A stretch of DNA of 64,000 nucleotides from Verrucomicrobiota bacterium. GTDB taxonomy: Bacteria; Verrucomicrobiota; Kiritimatiellia; UBA8416; JABMPJ01. The notes below the pieces were generated by a model that saw nothing but the letters and a program-made list of their open reading frames with translations, made no database searches and was not told the origin of the DNA. The number at the start of each line of letters is the position of its first letter. The stretch's first letter is position 1. The DNA lies in assembly GCA_018648805.1 (NCBI GenBank), contig JABGQM010000024.1:1065-65064 (forward strand), written 5' to 3'. Positions 46,501 through 56,140 of the stretch are shown here, piece by piece. Made by a program: the position numbers and the translations under genes.

Positions 46501-47538
46501 CTACCCCGTGATGGTTGCCAGTATGCCGGCGATGTCCCGTTCAAAGATGGGGAGATAGGCTTCTGCGACGTAGTTCCTGTCGTCCGTGATGTCGAATTCG
46601 ATTCCGCTAGCGTGCAAGTCGTCTCGGGCCTCCCGCATAGCTGATCGCATCTTTGACGAAACAATATACTCGTCTGCGCGCGACTCATCCAGGCCATATG
46701 CTTCACGCCAAACTGCTGTCAGACCACGGACAAGCGGTCGCCAATTCACCCAGCGCGGAGGGCAAGTCTGATCTGGCAGCATGACGGGGTTCCATCGGTC
46801 CCGATCAATCCGGTATTGCTTGGCTTTCCCCTCGGTACGGACAACGATGAACCCGGCATCTGCCAGCGCCGTCAGAACACTCTGCACTCGCATATGGTTG
46901 AAGCCGAGAAGCTCCGCAATACGTCGCGCATGTCCGCCTTCTGTTGTCAGCAGATAGGCTACAACATCTGCACGGATGTTGATGCCGAACAGGGCACGGG
47001 AGCGAAAGATGATGTTTGCCGCATCACTCATGTTTACGGGCTGGGTCATGCCGCGCGTTTGTACCACTTCACGTATCAGGCCATACTGCTCGAAATGCGG
47101 GTCCGGTTGCTCGACCACCAACATGGGACCGGTCGGCGCGGATCGGAACAGAACCTCTGTCGGGGGCGGTACATCGGTCTTATGTCGTTTCGCGATACCC
47201 CTCCATTTCATCGACTTGTCGCGGGCACACATCCACGCCGCCATCGCACCGACTGCCTTTGGGCAACCGATCCGATCCCGTTTCATGATGGCCGTCAGGC
47301 GTTGTGTGTTGATCCACGCGCCGTTCTTGGCGAGCCAGTCGAGTACTTCATCAAACAGGCGTGCATCGTACCGACCTACTTCGCTTGTGAACGCCAGCAG
47401 CGCTTCCGGGTCAATCACCCAGTTGTTGCCCATCCGTGAGGAGCCAGATACACCCAGCCTACACCATTGCTGCCAGACAAAATCGAGCAGCCGCTCCTTC
47501 AGCTCATTCCGGAATGTCATTGCTGATATTGTCATAGT
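46501..47538 (-). CDS. Hypothetical protein with winged-HTH (partner of NTase gene)
   Basis: HARRIAELLGFNHMRVQSVLTALADAGFIV helix-turn-helix; start uncertain (47520-47553). Confidence 0.45.
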   Translation of the reverse strand, partial: TMTISAMTFRNELKERLLDFVWQQWCRLGVSGSSRMGNNWVIDPEALLAFTSEVGRYDARLFDEVLDWLAKNGAWINTQRLTAIMKRDRIGCPKAVGAMAAWMCARDKSMKWRGIAKRHKTDVPPPTEVLFRSAPTGPMLVVEQPDPHFEQYGLIREVVQTRGMTQPVNMSDAANIIFRSRALFGINIRADVVAYLLTTEGGHARRIAELLGFNHMRVQSVLTALADAGFIVVRTEGKAKQYRIDRDRWNPVMLPDQTCPPRWVNWRPLVRGLTAVWREAYGLDESRADEYIVSSKMRSAMREARDDLHASGIEFDITDDRNYVAEAYLPIFERDIAGILATITG

Positions 47539-48118
47539 CCAATGCTCCCACAACCGTCCTCATGTTGTTTCGAAATTGAGGAGATGTCTCTCTGTTCAGC
47601 AGCCACTCAACAGCAGCGCGCACTTCCTCCTCAGATGGCTTGATACGGTACACCAAATCCTCCAAGTGTCTCGCACGGGCCTTGGGGTCCATCGCTGCCA
47701 GCAGTTTGAAATGCACCTGGTCCAAGCGGCTGATGAAGAACGCTTTCAGCGACGGTCCATAGTCGCGCACCTCCCACCGTTTCATCATCCCTTCCGGTGC
47801 ACCGTAGACAGCCAGCACGTCCTTCGGCCCCATGTTCAGCCAGTCCTCCTCCAACTGCAGATCCTGTGCAACCCAGGCAACTACTTCCCGGAAGTCGTCC
47901 GGCAACGTCTTGTCAGGCCGAAGCACAACTCCAGACTCCGTTTCCTCCACAATCGCCAGCACATCAACGTCTTTGGTTGTCCGGTGGGCCACATTCAGAA
48001 CATTCAATGCACTGCCGCCGCAGATTACCAAGGCGATCGGATCCGTGTATTCATACACCAAACGCGACCCAAGCCGCTGCAAAGCACCGTCAATTTGATC
48101 TGGACTGTCAAAACTCAT
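47504..48118 (-). CDS. Minimal nucleotidyltransferase-fold protein (possible AbiEii/MNT-like toxin)
   Basis: ICGGSALNV...TKDVDVL = hG[GS]...DhD pol-beta NTase signature. Confidence 0.45.
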   Translation of the reverse strand: MSFDSPDQIDGALQRLGSRLVYEYTDPIALVICGGSALNVLNVAHRTTKDVDVLAIVEETESGVVLRPDKTLPDDFREVVAWVAQDLQLEEDWLNMGPKDVLAVYGAPEGMMKRWEVRDYGPSLKAFFISRLDQVHFKLLAAMDPKARARHLEDLVYRIKPSEEEVRAAVEWLLNRETSPQFRNNMRTVVGALDYDNISNDIPE

Positions 48119-48356
48119 GACTGCACTGTAGCATACAATGCGGCTGCTACAATGCAAAAAAACTGTACGACGCTGGAGGCACTAGTTTAGCGGTCTCAAC
48201 CGACTTTCAAGCGCTTCGGGCGCACCGCCCGTCTTTCGCGGACCCCTACAAGGCGGGGAACTTACTGGGGCTGGAGTAATGGGAAGGATTTGACGTAAGG
48301 TCTGTAATATCGTACGTTATGGTGTTTACTGGTCAGTTTCATAGGATTTATGAATC

Positions 48357-48710
48357 ATGAGTGCGCGAGATAACAAGCTGCCGATTCCCGTCCGTAGGGC
48401 CTTGGTCAAGCTGGGCGAGGACATTCGTGATGCGCGGCGGCGGCGGCGCATACAAGTCAAAGTAATGGCTGAGCGGGCCTCAATCACGCGTTCCACACTT
48501 CACCGCGTCGAAAAGGGCGATTCAGGGGTCTCACTGGGCATCTACGCATCGGTGCTGTTCGTCTTGGGGATGCTTGATCGCCTGGTTGATATTGCCGACG
48601 TGGCGCACGATCAGCTCGGCCTGTCCCTTGAGGCAGAAGCCCTTCCCAAACGGATTCGGCATTCCGCGCCACGTGTCGTAGGTCAGAGAGGCGGTCAGCG
48701 GCTGGCGTGA
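48357..48710 (+). CDS. XRE-family HTH transcriptional regulator
   Basis: IQVKVMAERASITRSTLHRVEKGDSGVSLGIYASVL Cro/C1-type HTH. Confidence 0.65.
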   Translation: MSARDNKLPIPVRRALVKLGEDIRDARRRRRIQVKVMAERASITRSTLHRVEKGDSGVSLGIYASVLFVLGMLDRLVDIADVAHDQLGLSLEAEALPKRIRHSAPRVVGQRGGQRLA

Positions 48711-48812
48711 TGTGGCGGCAGGTCTGGATATTTCTCCCCGCCAGATCGATCGAATGGCCTCCGCCTTCTGGGAGTAGCATGCCATAGAGATGGCGACTGT
48801 GAGTGTATAGAG

Positions 48813-51170
48813 ATGAACGACAGGATAGACAAACAAGAGCCCCACACACCCACACACTCACACGCTCATGCTCTGCTCCCCCGTCTCCTCCCCTTCCTCC
48901 TCATCATCCTGGCCGGCGTGCTGGCCTACTGGAACAGCTTCGACGGTGTGTTCGTCTATGACGACCTGGACTCCATTCGCGATAACCTGCACATCCGCAA
49001 GCTCTGGCCGCTCAAGGAGTCCCTCTCGCTGCCGCTGCTGAGCAGTGCAACCACCGTGGACGGGCGGCCGTTGCTGAGTCTCTCACTGGCGTTGAACCAC
49101 TCGCTTTTCGGTCCGGAGCCGTGGGGCTACCACCTGGTCAACCTGCTAATCCACCTCGCGGCCGGACTGCTCCTGTTTGGCGTCGTCAGGCGTACGCTGC
49201 ACCTGCCGCAGTTTCGTGAGCGCTACGCGCGAAGTGCTTGCCCTTCGGAGCCTTGGCGCAGTAGGGGACGCTGGCTCGCCCTGGCCACCGCCCTGATCTG
49301 GCTGGTCCATCCCCTGCAGACCGAGAGCGTCACCTATATCGTGCAACGCGCCGAATCACTGATGGGCATGCTGTTTCTGCTGACGATGTATTGTGCGATT
49401 CGCGGGTTTACGAGTGGGGAGAGTCGGGAGGAAGACGGGTCGCACGGTGCCCAGGAACATGCAAAGGTCCCGGCCGAGAGGAACTACAGCGAGAACTTTG
49501 TCGTGAACCATTCCGATTCTAACTATTCCGTGAACTTTGCCGAGAACTACTTCGGACTAGTTTACGGCAAAGTTTACGGGATAGTCCGGCGATGTAGTTT
49601 ACGACAAAGTTCACGATGTAGCTGCAGGTCAGGCACAAAGAACCCATCCCTTTGGTACGTGGCGGCGATCATCGCCTGCGCCATCGGGATGGGGGTCAAG
49701 CAAACCATGTTCAGCGTGCCGCTACTGGTCTTGCTCTACGACGCCCTGTTCATCTCCGACTCGTTTCGTGCCGCGCTGACGAAGCGGTGGCGGCTCTACG
49801 CGGCCCTCTGTTCGACCTGGCTGATCATTTTCGGGATCATGGCGCTCTCATGGCAGGAATCGACGATCGACTTCGTCAAGATCAGTCCGCTGCGCTACGC
49901 CCTCACTCAGCCGCTTGTGATTCTGTACTACCTGCGCTTGGTGTTCTGGCCCTCGCCGCTGGTGCTGGAGTACGGCTGGGCATTGGAGGATCAATGGCAT
50001 CGCATCGTGTTCCCGGCTCTCGCCATCCTGGGCATGCTTGCCGCAATGTTCCGCGGCATAGTCCGCCGCAAGTGGTACGGGTTCGTGGCCGCGTGGTTCT
50101 TCCTGATCCTGGCCCCGACGTCAAGCATTGCGCCCACACGGCAGGCCATCTTCGAACACCGCATGTACCTGTCGCTGGCAGCGGTTGTCATGCTCGTGGT
50201 CGTTGGTGGTGAGGCCGCGCTGCGCAAGCTGGTCACGGAGCGGAAACGACGTGTCGTGCTCGGTGGCTGCATGGTGACGGCAATCATGATTGTACTCGGA
50301 TGCCTGACACACAACCGCAACACGGATTATCATAGTGAGATCGGGATTTGGCAGGATGATGTCGCCCATCGCCCCGGGAACGCGCTCGCGCATCTCAACC
50401 TGGGCAATGCCGTGCAGGGGGTGGGACGTCCGCGGGATGCGGTCGCACATTACCGCGAAGCGCTGCGATTGAAACCGGACTACGCGGAGGCTCACTACAA
50501 TTGGGGGGTTGCACTGGAGGCGGCGGGTCAGACGCAGGAGGCGATGGTCCACTATCAACAGGCCCTGCAGCTCAAGCCGGACTATGCCGAAGCCCACAAC
50601 AACATGGCCCACGCGCTGGAGGCCTCGGGACGCCCCCGGGAAGCTGTTGAGCACTGCCGCAAGGCCCTGCAAATCAGGCCTGGACTGCCGGACGTCCACT
50701 TCAACCTGGGCAACGCCCTGCAGGCGCTGGGCCGTTCCGGGGAAGCTATTCAGCACTACCGTGAGGCGCTACGGCTGAGACCCGACTACGCCGAAGCCCA
50801 TCTTGGCTGGGGCAACGTGCTGTTGGTGTCGGGCCGGCTGGAGGAAGCGGTCGGGCAGTACCGGGAAGCGCTGCGACTGAAACCGGACTACGCGGAGGCC
50901 CACTATCACTGGGGGATGGCACTGGACGCGGCACGGCGGCCGCAGGAATCGATGACGCACTATCAACAGGCCGTGCGGATCAAGCCGACTATGGCGGCCG
51001 CGCACCTTAACCTGGGCAATGCCGTGCTGGCGCTGGGCCGCCCCCGCGAAGCAATTCCACATTACCGGCAGGCCCTGCGGATCAGGCCGGACTACGTCCA
51101 CGCCCGCGACAACCTGCGTCAAGTCCAGGCGATGCTGCGGGAGGGCAGGGGGACGAACATCGAACACTGA
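48813..51170 (+). CDS. TMTC/PMT-like GT-C + TPR protein (paralog 8, plus strand) with in-frame insertion of GTGAAC-type repeat
   Basis: Same conserved core as array paralogs; ~70-aa low-complexity insertion (NYSENFVVNHSDSNYSVNFAENYFGLVYGKVYG...) encoded by repeat 49480..49626; no REP insertion. Confidence 0.7.
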   Translation: MNDRIDKQEPHTPTHSHAHALLPRLLPFLLIILAGVLAYWNSFDGVFVYDDLDSIRDNLHIRKLWPLKESLSLPLLSSATTVDGRPLLSLSLALNHSLFGPEPWGYHLVNLLIHLAAGLLLFGVVRRTLHLPQFRERYARSACPSEPWRSRGRWLALATALIWLVHPLQTESVTYIVQRAESLMGMLFLLTMYCAIRGFTSGESREEDGSHGAQEHAKVPAERNYSENFVVNHSDSNYSVNFAENYFGLVYGKVYGIVRRCSLRQSSRCSCRSGTKNPSLWYVAAIIACAIGMGVKQTMFSVPLLVLLYDALFISDSFRAALTKRWRLYAALCSTWLIIFGIMALSWQESTIDFVKISPLRYALTQPLVILYYLRLVFWPSPLVLEYGWALEDQWHRIVFPALAILGMLAAMFRGIVRRKWYGFVAAWFFLILAPTSSIAPTRQAIFEHRMYLSLAAVVMLVVVGGEAALRKLVTERKRRVVLGGCMVTAIMIVLGCLTHNRNTDYHSEIGIWQDDVAHRPGNALAHLNLGNAVQGVGRPRDAVAHYREALRLKPDYAEAHYNWGVALEAAGQTQEAMVHYQQALQLKPDYAEAHNNMAHALEASGRPREAVEHCRKALQIRPGLPDVHFNLGNALQALGRSGEAIQHYREALRLRPDYAEAHLGWGNVLLVSGRLEEAVGQYREALRLKPDYAEAHYHWGMALDAARRPQESMTHYQQAVRIKPTMAAAHLNLGNAVLALGRPREAIPHYRQALRIRPDYVHARDNLRQVQAMLREGRGTNIEH
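49480..49626. repeat. GTGAAC-type palindromic element (family B) inside CDS 48813..51170, in frame
   Basis: gagaactttgtcgtgaacca...ccgtgaactttgccgagaactac...gtagtttacgacaaagttcacgatgtag; arms are reverse complements. Confidence 0.75.
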
Positions 51171-51254
51171 ACACTGAACATCGAAGGGCGCATGGCAGTT
51201 GCGTAGGTTCCTCCTACATCATGCAGGACGGAAATATGAGGTTAGTCGCAGCCG

Positions 51255-51455
51255 ACGTAGTTCACGACAAAGTCCACGGGCTGGTTTTTCGAGGTAGTTC
51301 ACGACAATGTTCACGATGTAGTGTTCAGCTCCATCGCATGGGGCGCGAAGCCACTGTTGTCCATAGTCCTGTTAGAGCACTCACCTCGTGAACTTTGTCG
51401 TGAACTACCCCGCAATAACTACAGCGTTGAACTTTGTCGTCAACTATTTCGATCC
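51255..51455. repeat. Family B palindromic element, intergenic
   Basis: gtagttcacgacaaagtccacggg/gtagttcacgacaatgttcacgatgtag ... cgtgaactttgtcgtgaactacc/gttgaactttgtcgtcaactatttc. Confidence 0.75.
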
Positions 51456-51617
51456 ACCAGGCACTCCGCCCACCTCAGATGTTCGAATTATCCACACAGC
51501 TGCCATGCGCCCAACATCGAACATCCCCGTTTTCCTCCGTGACTTCGCGTTCCCGGGGCGAGTACTCTCGGGAGCACTGGAAAACGAGAATCGAGAGAGT
51601 ACGGTAACCTGACTATC

Positions 51618-52634
51618 ATGACGTCCGATGTAGCACCACAGACGGCCATCGATCTGCTCCGGCGTATGGAGCGTATACGCCTCCTCGAGGAGGCGATTGC
51701 GGAGCGCTATCCCGAGGAGAAGATGCGCTGTCCCACGCATCTCTCGACCGGGCAGGAGACGGTGCCATCGGCCATTGGCGTTGCCCTCCGCCGGGACGAC
51801 CAGGTTTTCAGCACCCACCGCTCGCATGCACACTACGTCGGGAAAGGCGGCGACCTGGGCGCGTTGGTCGCCGAGCTGTACGGCAAGGCCGGCGGCTGCT
51901 GCGGCGGGCGCGGCGGGTCGATGCACCTGTCGGACCGGTCGGTCGGCTTCGTGGCCAGCACGGCCATCGTGGCCAACTCGATCCCGCTGGCCGTAGGCGC
52001 GGCCCTGGCGAATCGCCTGCTTGGCAACGGGCGGGTCGGCTGCGCACTCTTCGGCGATGCGGCGGTTGAGGAAGGCGTTTTCAGCGAATCGGTCAACTTC
52101 GCGGCCCTGCGCGCGCTGCCCGTCCTCTTCGTCTGCGAGAACAACCAGTATTCCGTCTTCACGCATCTGCGTGACCGGCAGCCCGCGGGGCGCCGCATTC
52201 ACGAGATGGTGGCGGCGATGGGGGTGCGGACGGTGGTGGGCGACGGGAACGATGCCCTCGCGGTGCTGGCGGCCGTGGAGGATGCCGCGGCCCATGCCCG
52301 CAACAGGAAGGGCCCCGTTTTCCTCGAGTTTGCGACGTATCGCTGGCGGGAGCATTGCGGGCCGTTCTACGACAACGACCTGGGCTACCGGACGGCCGGG
52401 GAGTTCGAGGCGTGGCGCGCGCGTGATCCGGTGGCCCGGCTGGAGGGCGAGCTGGTGTCGCGCGGCGACCTGGACGCGGCCGGGCTGCGCTCGCTGCAGG
52501 AATCGGTGCGCGCGGAAGTCGCCGCCGCGTTCGACGTTGCGGAGGCCTCGCCGTTCCCGCCGGCGGCGGACGCCTACCGGGAACTGTTCGTGGCGCAAGA
52601 CGGCATGCCGTCGCAAGGGAGCCACACGGAGTAG
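51618..52634 (+). CDS. TPP-dependent dehydrogenase E1 component alpha subunit
   Basis: GQE, HRSHAHY, GGCCGGRGGSMH, CENNQY motifs. Confidence 0.85.
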   Translation: MTSDVAPQTAIDLLRRMERIRLLEEAIAERYPEEKMRCPTHLSTGQETVPSAIGVALRRDDQVFSTHRSHAHYVGKGGDLGALVAELYGKAGGCCGGRGGSMHLSDRSVGFVASTAIVANSIPLAVGAALANRLLGNGRVGCALFGDAAVEEGVFSESVNFAALRALPVLFVCENNQYSVFTHLRDRQPAGRRIHEMVAAMGVRTVVGDGNDALAVLAAVEDAAAHARNRKGPVFLEFATYRWREHCGPFYDNDLGYRTAGEFEAWRARDPVARLEGELVSRGDLDAAGLRSLQESVRAEVAAAFDVAEASPFPPAADAYRELFVAQDGMPSQGSHTE

Positions 52635-52635
52635 T

Positions 52636-53697
52636 ATGACTGCGCGATCCATCACATATGCCGCCGCGATCCATGAGGCCATCCAGACGGCGATGACGCT
52701 CGATGAGCGGGTGATCTGCTACGGGCTCGGCGTTCCGGATCCCAAGGGCGTCTTCGGAACGACACTCGGCCTCCAGGAGCAGTTCGGGGCCGAGCGCGTG
52801 TTCGATATGCCTACCTCCGAGAACGCGATGACCGGGGTGGCGGTCGGCGCGGCGTTGGCCGGGTTGCGTCCCGTGGTCACACACCAGCGTGTCGATTTTT
52901 TCCTCCTGGCCATGGACCAGTTGGTCAACAGCGCGGCGAAATGGCGCTACATCTTCCGCGGGGAGATGGCCGTGCCGCTGACGATCCGACTCGTGATCGG
53001 GCGCGGGTGGGGCCAGGGCCCGACCCACTCACAGAGCCTGCAGGCCTGGTTTGCGCATGTGCCGGGGCTGAAGGTGGTCATGCCGTCCCTTGCGGCTGAC
53101 GCGAAGGGCCTGCTGCTCGCCAGCATCGCCGACAACAACCCCGTCGTGTTTCTCGAACACCGCTGGCTGCACAACCAGGCGGGGGCTGTTCCCGAGGGGG
53201 ACTACCGCGTGCCACTTGGCAAGGCCGCCGTGCTGCGCGAGGGGGCGGATGTCACGCTGGTCGGGATGTCCTTTATGACGATGGAGGCGCTGCGGGCGGC
53301 GGAGCACCTGGCCGGCCGCGGTGTGACGTGTGACGTGGTGGACCTGCGCACGATCGCCCCTCTGGACTGGGACACCGTGCTGGGCTCGGTTTCGAAAACG
53401 GGCCGTCTGCTCGCACTCGACACGAGCTGGATCACCGGTTCGGTTGCCGGCGAGATCGTGGCCCGTGCCGCCACCGAGTGCTGGGAGGCTCTCAAGTGCG
53501 CGCCGCAGCGGCTGGGCCTGCCGGACTTCCCTGTCCCCGCCGGCTACTCTCTCACGCGCGGGTTCTATCCCACCGCCTGCGACGTGGTGCGCAAGGTTGA
53601 GCAGATGCTGGGGCGCGAGCTGGGGGCGGAGGCACTTGCGATTCCGGCCGACGAGCACCATGACGTCCCCGGGGAGTGGTTCAAGGGGCCTTTTTGA
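52636..53697 (+). CDS. TPP-dependent dehydrogenase E1 component beta subunit
   Basis: FDMPTSENAMTGVAVGAALAG, transketolase-like C-terminal domain; ATG 2 nt after alpha stop. Confidence 0.85.
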   Translation: MTARSITYAAAIHEAIQTAMTLDERVICYGLGVPDPKGVFGTTLGLQEQFGAERVFDMPTSENAMTGVAVGAALAGLRPVVTHQRVDFFLLAMDQLVNSAAKWRYIFRGEMAVPLTIRLVIGRGWGQGPTHSQSLQAWFAHVPGLKVVMPSLAADAKGLLLASIADNNPVVFLEHRWLHNQAGAVPEGDYRVPLGKAAVLREGADVTLVGMSFMTMEALRAAEHLAGRGVTCDVVDLRTIAPLDWDTVLGSVSKTGRLLALDTSWITGSVAGEIVARAATECWEALKCAPQRLGLPDFPVPAGYSLTRGFYPTACDVVRKVEQMLGRELGAEALAIPADEHHDVPGEWFKGPF

Positions 53698-53814
53698 GTG
53701 AACCGGCCGCGGCTCGTCGCTGGGACAGACGCATGCAACGTCGCAGGACTATCCCCAGTTCTTGAGTAGTGTTTCTCGTCAGTCATTGCAGATGAATAAG
53801 CTGAGCCACAGGGC

Positions 53815-53965
53815 ATCTGAATATCCAATATCCAACACTCAAATCCAATGTCCAAGGATGGGCGCCCCGCAGGGGCGCAATTGCCTTGGACATTGGATAT
53901 TCCTTGTTGGCTGTTGGACATTGAACCGGGCTGGGGCTTTGAAACTGGGGAATGTCCAAATTCAA
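53815..53965. repeat. CCAATATCCAACAAGG-type MITE-like inverted-repeat element (family C)
   Basis: atccaatatccaacactcaaatccaatgtccaagg...ccttggacattggatattccttgttggctgttggacattg with central gggcgccccgcaggggcgc hairpin. Confidence 0.7.
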
Positions 53966-54048
53966 CGTCGTGCTTGACTCGCCCCCTCACCTTCTGGCTA
54001 CCCTTATTCAGTTGGCCGCACCGTTCCGCAGCTGCCTGAGGATCGTCC

Positions 54049-55140
54049 ATGAGTAACGAACACCTGCATGCAAAGCACGAGGCCATGACCAACGTGATCT
54101 ATGCCACCCCGGGCATGCTCCCCAACCGGTACGTGTTTGTGGTCACCAACCTGTGCAATCTGAAATGCCGTTTCTGTTTCCAGGCCCGTGACAAGAGGGC
54201 AGACGCCATGCGCTTGGAGGACTGGCTCAACGTGGCCCGTCAGCTGCCTTCCTACGCCCGCGTGACCCTCACGGGGGGCGAACCACTCATGTTCCCCGGC
54301 TTCAAGGAGCTCTTCGTCCATGTCGCCGAACGGTTTGACTGCAACATGATCACCAACGGCCTGCTGCTTGACGAGCAGACCATTGACCTCCTGCTCGAAC
54401 ACCCGAAGTTTCGCGTCCTGTCGATCTCGATGGACGGTCTGAACAACAAGAGCAGGGGCGTGAGCGAAGGACAGTGGCAGCGTGTGGAAGCCATGCTGCG
54501 GTACTTCGTAGAGCGTAAGGCTGCAACCGGGAGCAACTGCGTTCTGGACATCAAGGCTCTGATCCTGGACGAAAACGCGGAGTCCCTGTTCGAGCTGTAC
54601 CGGCACTGCGTCGAGGAGATAGGGTGCAATTCCTTTGCATTCCAGCTGCTGAAGGGCTCATCGATGCAGCACGCCGACGTGATGTACCCCTTCGACGATA
54701 TCTTCAAGGAATCTCCCGCGCCGGTCTATAAGAACTTCCCGGAGATCCTGAGGCAGCTCAAAAGGGTCCGCGAGTATAGCCTGAAGACAGGAACCAAGGC
54801 GTTCCTGCATCCCAAAGTCGCGTCCCTGATGTCGGATGCCGACATCGGGGATATTGACTACATCAACCGACGCACCTTTCCGCAAGAGCGCTTCCTGCCC
54901 TGTCGGGCGCCGTGGTCCAGTATCCATATCAATGTCGACGGAGACGTCTTCCCGTGTCTGGCCGTGCCGATGGGAAACGTCAAGACCATGCCGCTTGAGA
55001 AAATCATCCATGGAGAGGCGTTCTCGAGGTTCAAAGAAACCATCCGTGAGCGCGGGGAAGTGGCGGCATGCAACCGTTGCGGCTGGCTCAAGCCGGCACC
55101 GCCCGACGCTACCGTGCTCCCAAGATCGGATGTCGTCTAG
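54049..55140 (+). CDS. Radical SAM / SPASM-type enzyme
   Basis: CNLKCRFC, LTGGEPLM; C-terminal CRAPW...CLAVPMG...CNRCGW. Confidence 0.85.
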   Translation: MSNEHLHAKHEAMTNVIYATPGMLPNRYVFVVTNLCNLKCRFCFQARDKRADAMRLEDWLNVARQLPSYARVTLTGGEPLMFPGFKELFVHVAERFDCNMITNGLLLDEQTIDLLLEHPKFRVLSISMDGLNNKSRGVSEGQWQRVEAMLRYFVERKAATGSNCVLDIKALILDENAESLFELYRHCVEEIGCNSFAFQLLKGSSMQHADVMYPFDDIFKESPAPVYKNFPEILRQLKRVREYSLKTGTKAFLHPKVASLMSDADIGDIDYINRRTFPQERFLPCRAPWSSIHINVDGDVFPCLAVPMGNVKTMPLEKIIHGEAFSRFKETIRERGEVAACNRCGWLKPAPPDATVLPRSDVV

Positions 55141-55857
55141 ATGCCGGCCCCCACTATCTCCATAGTCATACCGGCGTTCAATGAAGAACAACACCTTGAG
55201 CAGACGGTCCTTGGTGTCATAGGCCTCCTCGACAGTAGCGTCGGGCGTGACTCCGAAATACTCATCTTCGATGATGGCAGCACGGACGGGACGGGCGTGA
55301 TCGCCGAGGAGCTGTCGCAACGATATCCGTTCATAAGGTCCTTCCATTTCAAGCAGAACCAGGGACTGGGTCACGTGGCACGCCGTGCGATAAAGGAGGC
55401 GGGCAAGGACTACATCATGTGGCATACGGGAGACGGCTCCGTTGACAGCCGGTCACTGGTCCCCGCCATGCGCTCGATTGGCAAGGCCGACATCATCGTC
55501 GCCTACCTGGAGAATCAGAACGACCGCATATGGATCAGGAGCGCCCTCTCCCGATCATTCGTGGCGCTCTATAACGTGCTGTTTCATTTGAAGCTCAGGT
55601 ACTACAGCGGACCGTCCATCTTCCCCTGTGAGGTCCTGAGGAGCCTGTCCATCAAGTCCGGCCGGTATGAGTTCTGGGCGGAGATCATGGTCCGATGCCT
55701 GAAGCTGGGACTGACGCATATCGAAATGCCTTTTGTCCACAACCCGCCCGCTGACAATTCCCTGGCAACCGTCAGACCGAAGAACGTGGGCAATGCGCTG
55801 AGGATCGCGCTCATCCTGATGAACGACCTGTACCTCAGGAAGAATGTACGGGGCTAG
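55141..55857 (+). CDS. GT2 glycosyltransferase, DPM1-like, paralog C
   Basis: ISIVIPAFNEEQHLE, ILIFDDGSTDGTGVIA, DIIVAY; ATG immediately after radical-SAM stop. Confidence 0.8.
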   Translation: MPAPTISIVIPAFNEEQHLEQTVLGVIGLLDSSVGRDSEILIFDDGSTDGTGVIAEELSQRYPFIRSFHFKQNQGLGHVARRAIKEAGKDYIMWHTGDGSVDSRSLVPAMRSIGKADIIVAYLENQNDRIWIRSALSRSFVALYNVLFHLKLRYYSGPSIFPCEVLRSLSIKSGRYEFWAEIMVRCLKLGLTHIEMPFVHNPPADNSLATVRPKNVGNALRIALILMNDLYLRKNVRG

Positions 55858-55892
55858 GGGGGAATGGCGCTTAGTTAAGCCACTTCTCCCAC

Positions 55893-56027
55893 TATTTCGT
55901 AAACTTTGTCGTGAACTATCTCGATCCCTACTACTCCGTGAACCTTGTCGTAAACTACTCCGGAATAGTTCACGACAAGGTTTGCGAGGTAGTTATTCGG
56001 TTATAGTTCACGACAAAGTTCACGATC
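55893..56027. repeat. Family B palindromic element, intergenic
   Basis: cgtaaactttgtcgtgaactatc...ccgtgaaccttgtcgtaaactac...tagttcacgacaaggtttgcgagg...tagttcacgacaaagttcacgatc. Confidence 0.75.
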
Positions 56028-56044
56028 CAGTCCAGCCCCCTCAC

Positions 56045-56140
56045 AGTCCCAAACTCTCTTATCTAAGTGCCATTCCAGGCTAGTACGGAATTCTCACCAA
56101 TGAACGCCTTATCTAAGCGCCATTCCAGGCTAGTAGGCCT
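56045..56140. repeat. Tandem direct repeat (2 x ~50 bp) related to family C
   Basis: cttatctaagtgccattccaggctagta(cggaattctcaccaatgaacgc)cttatctaagcgccattccaggctagta. Confidence 0.7.
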
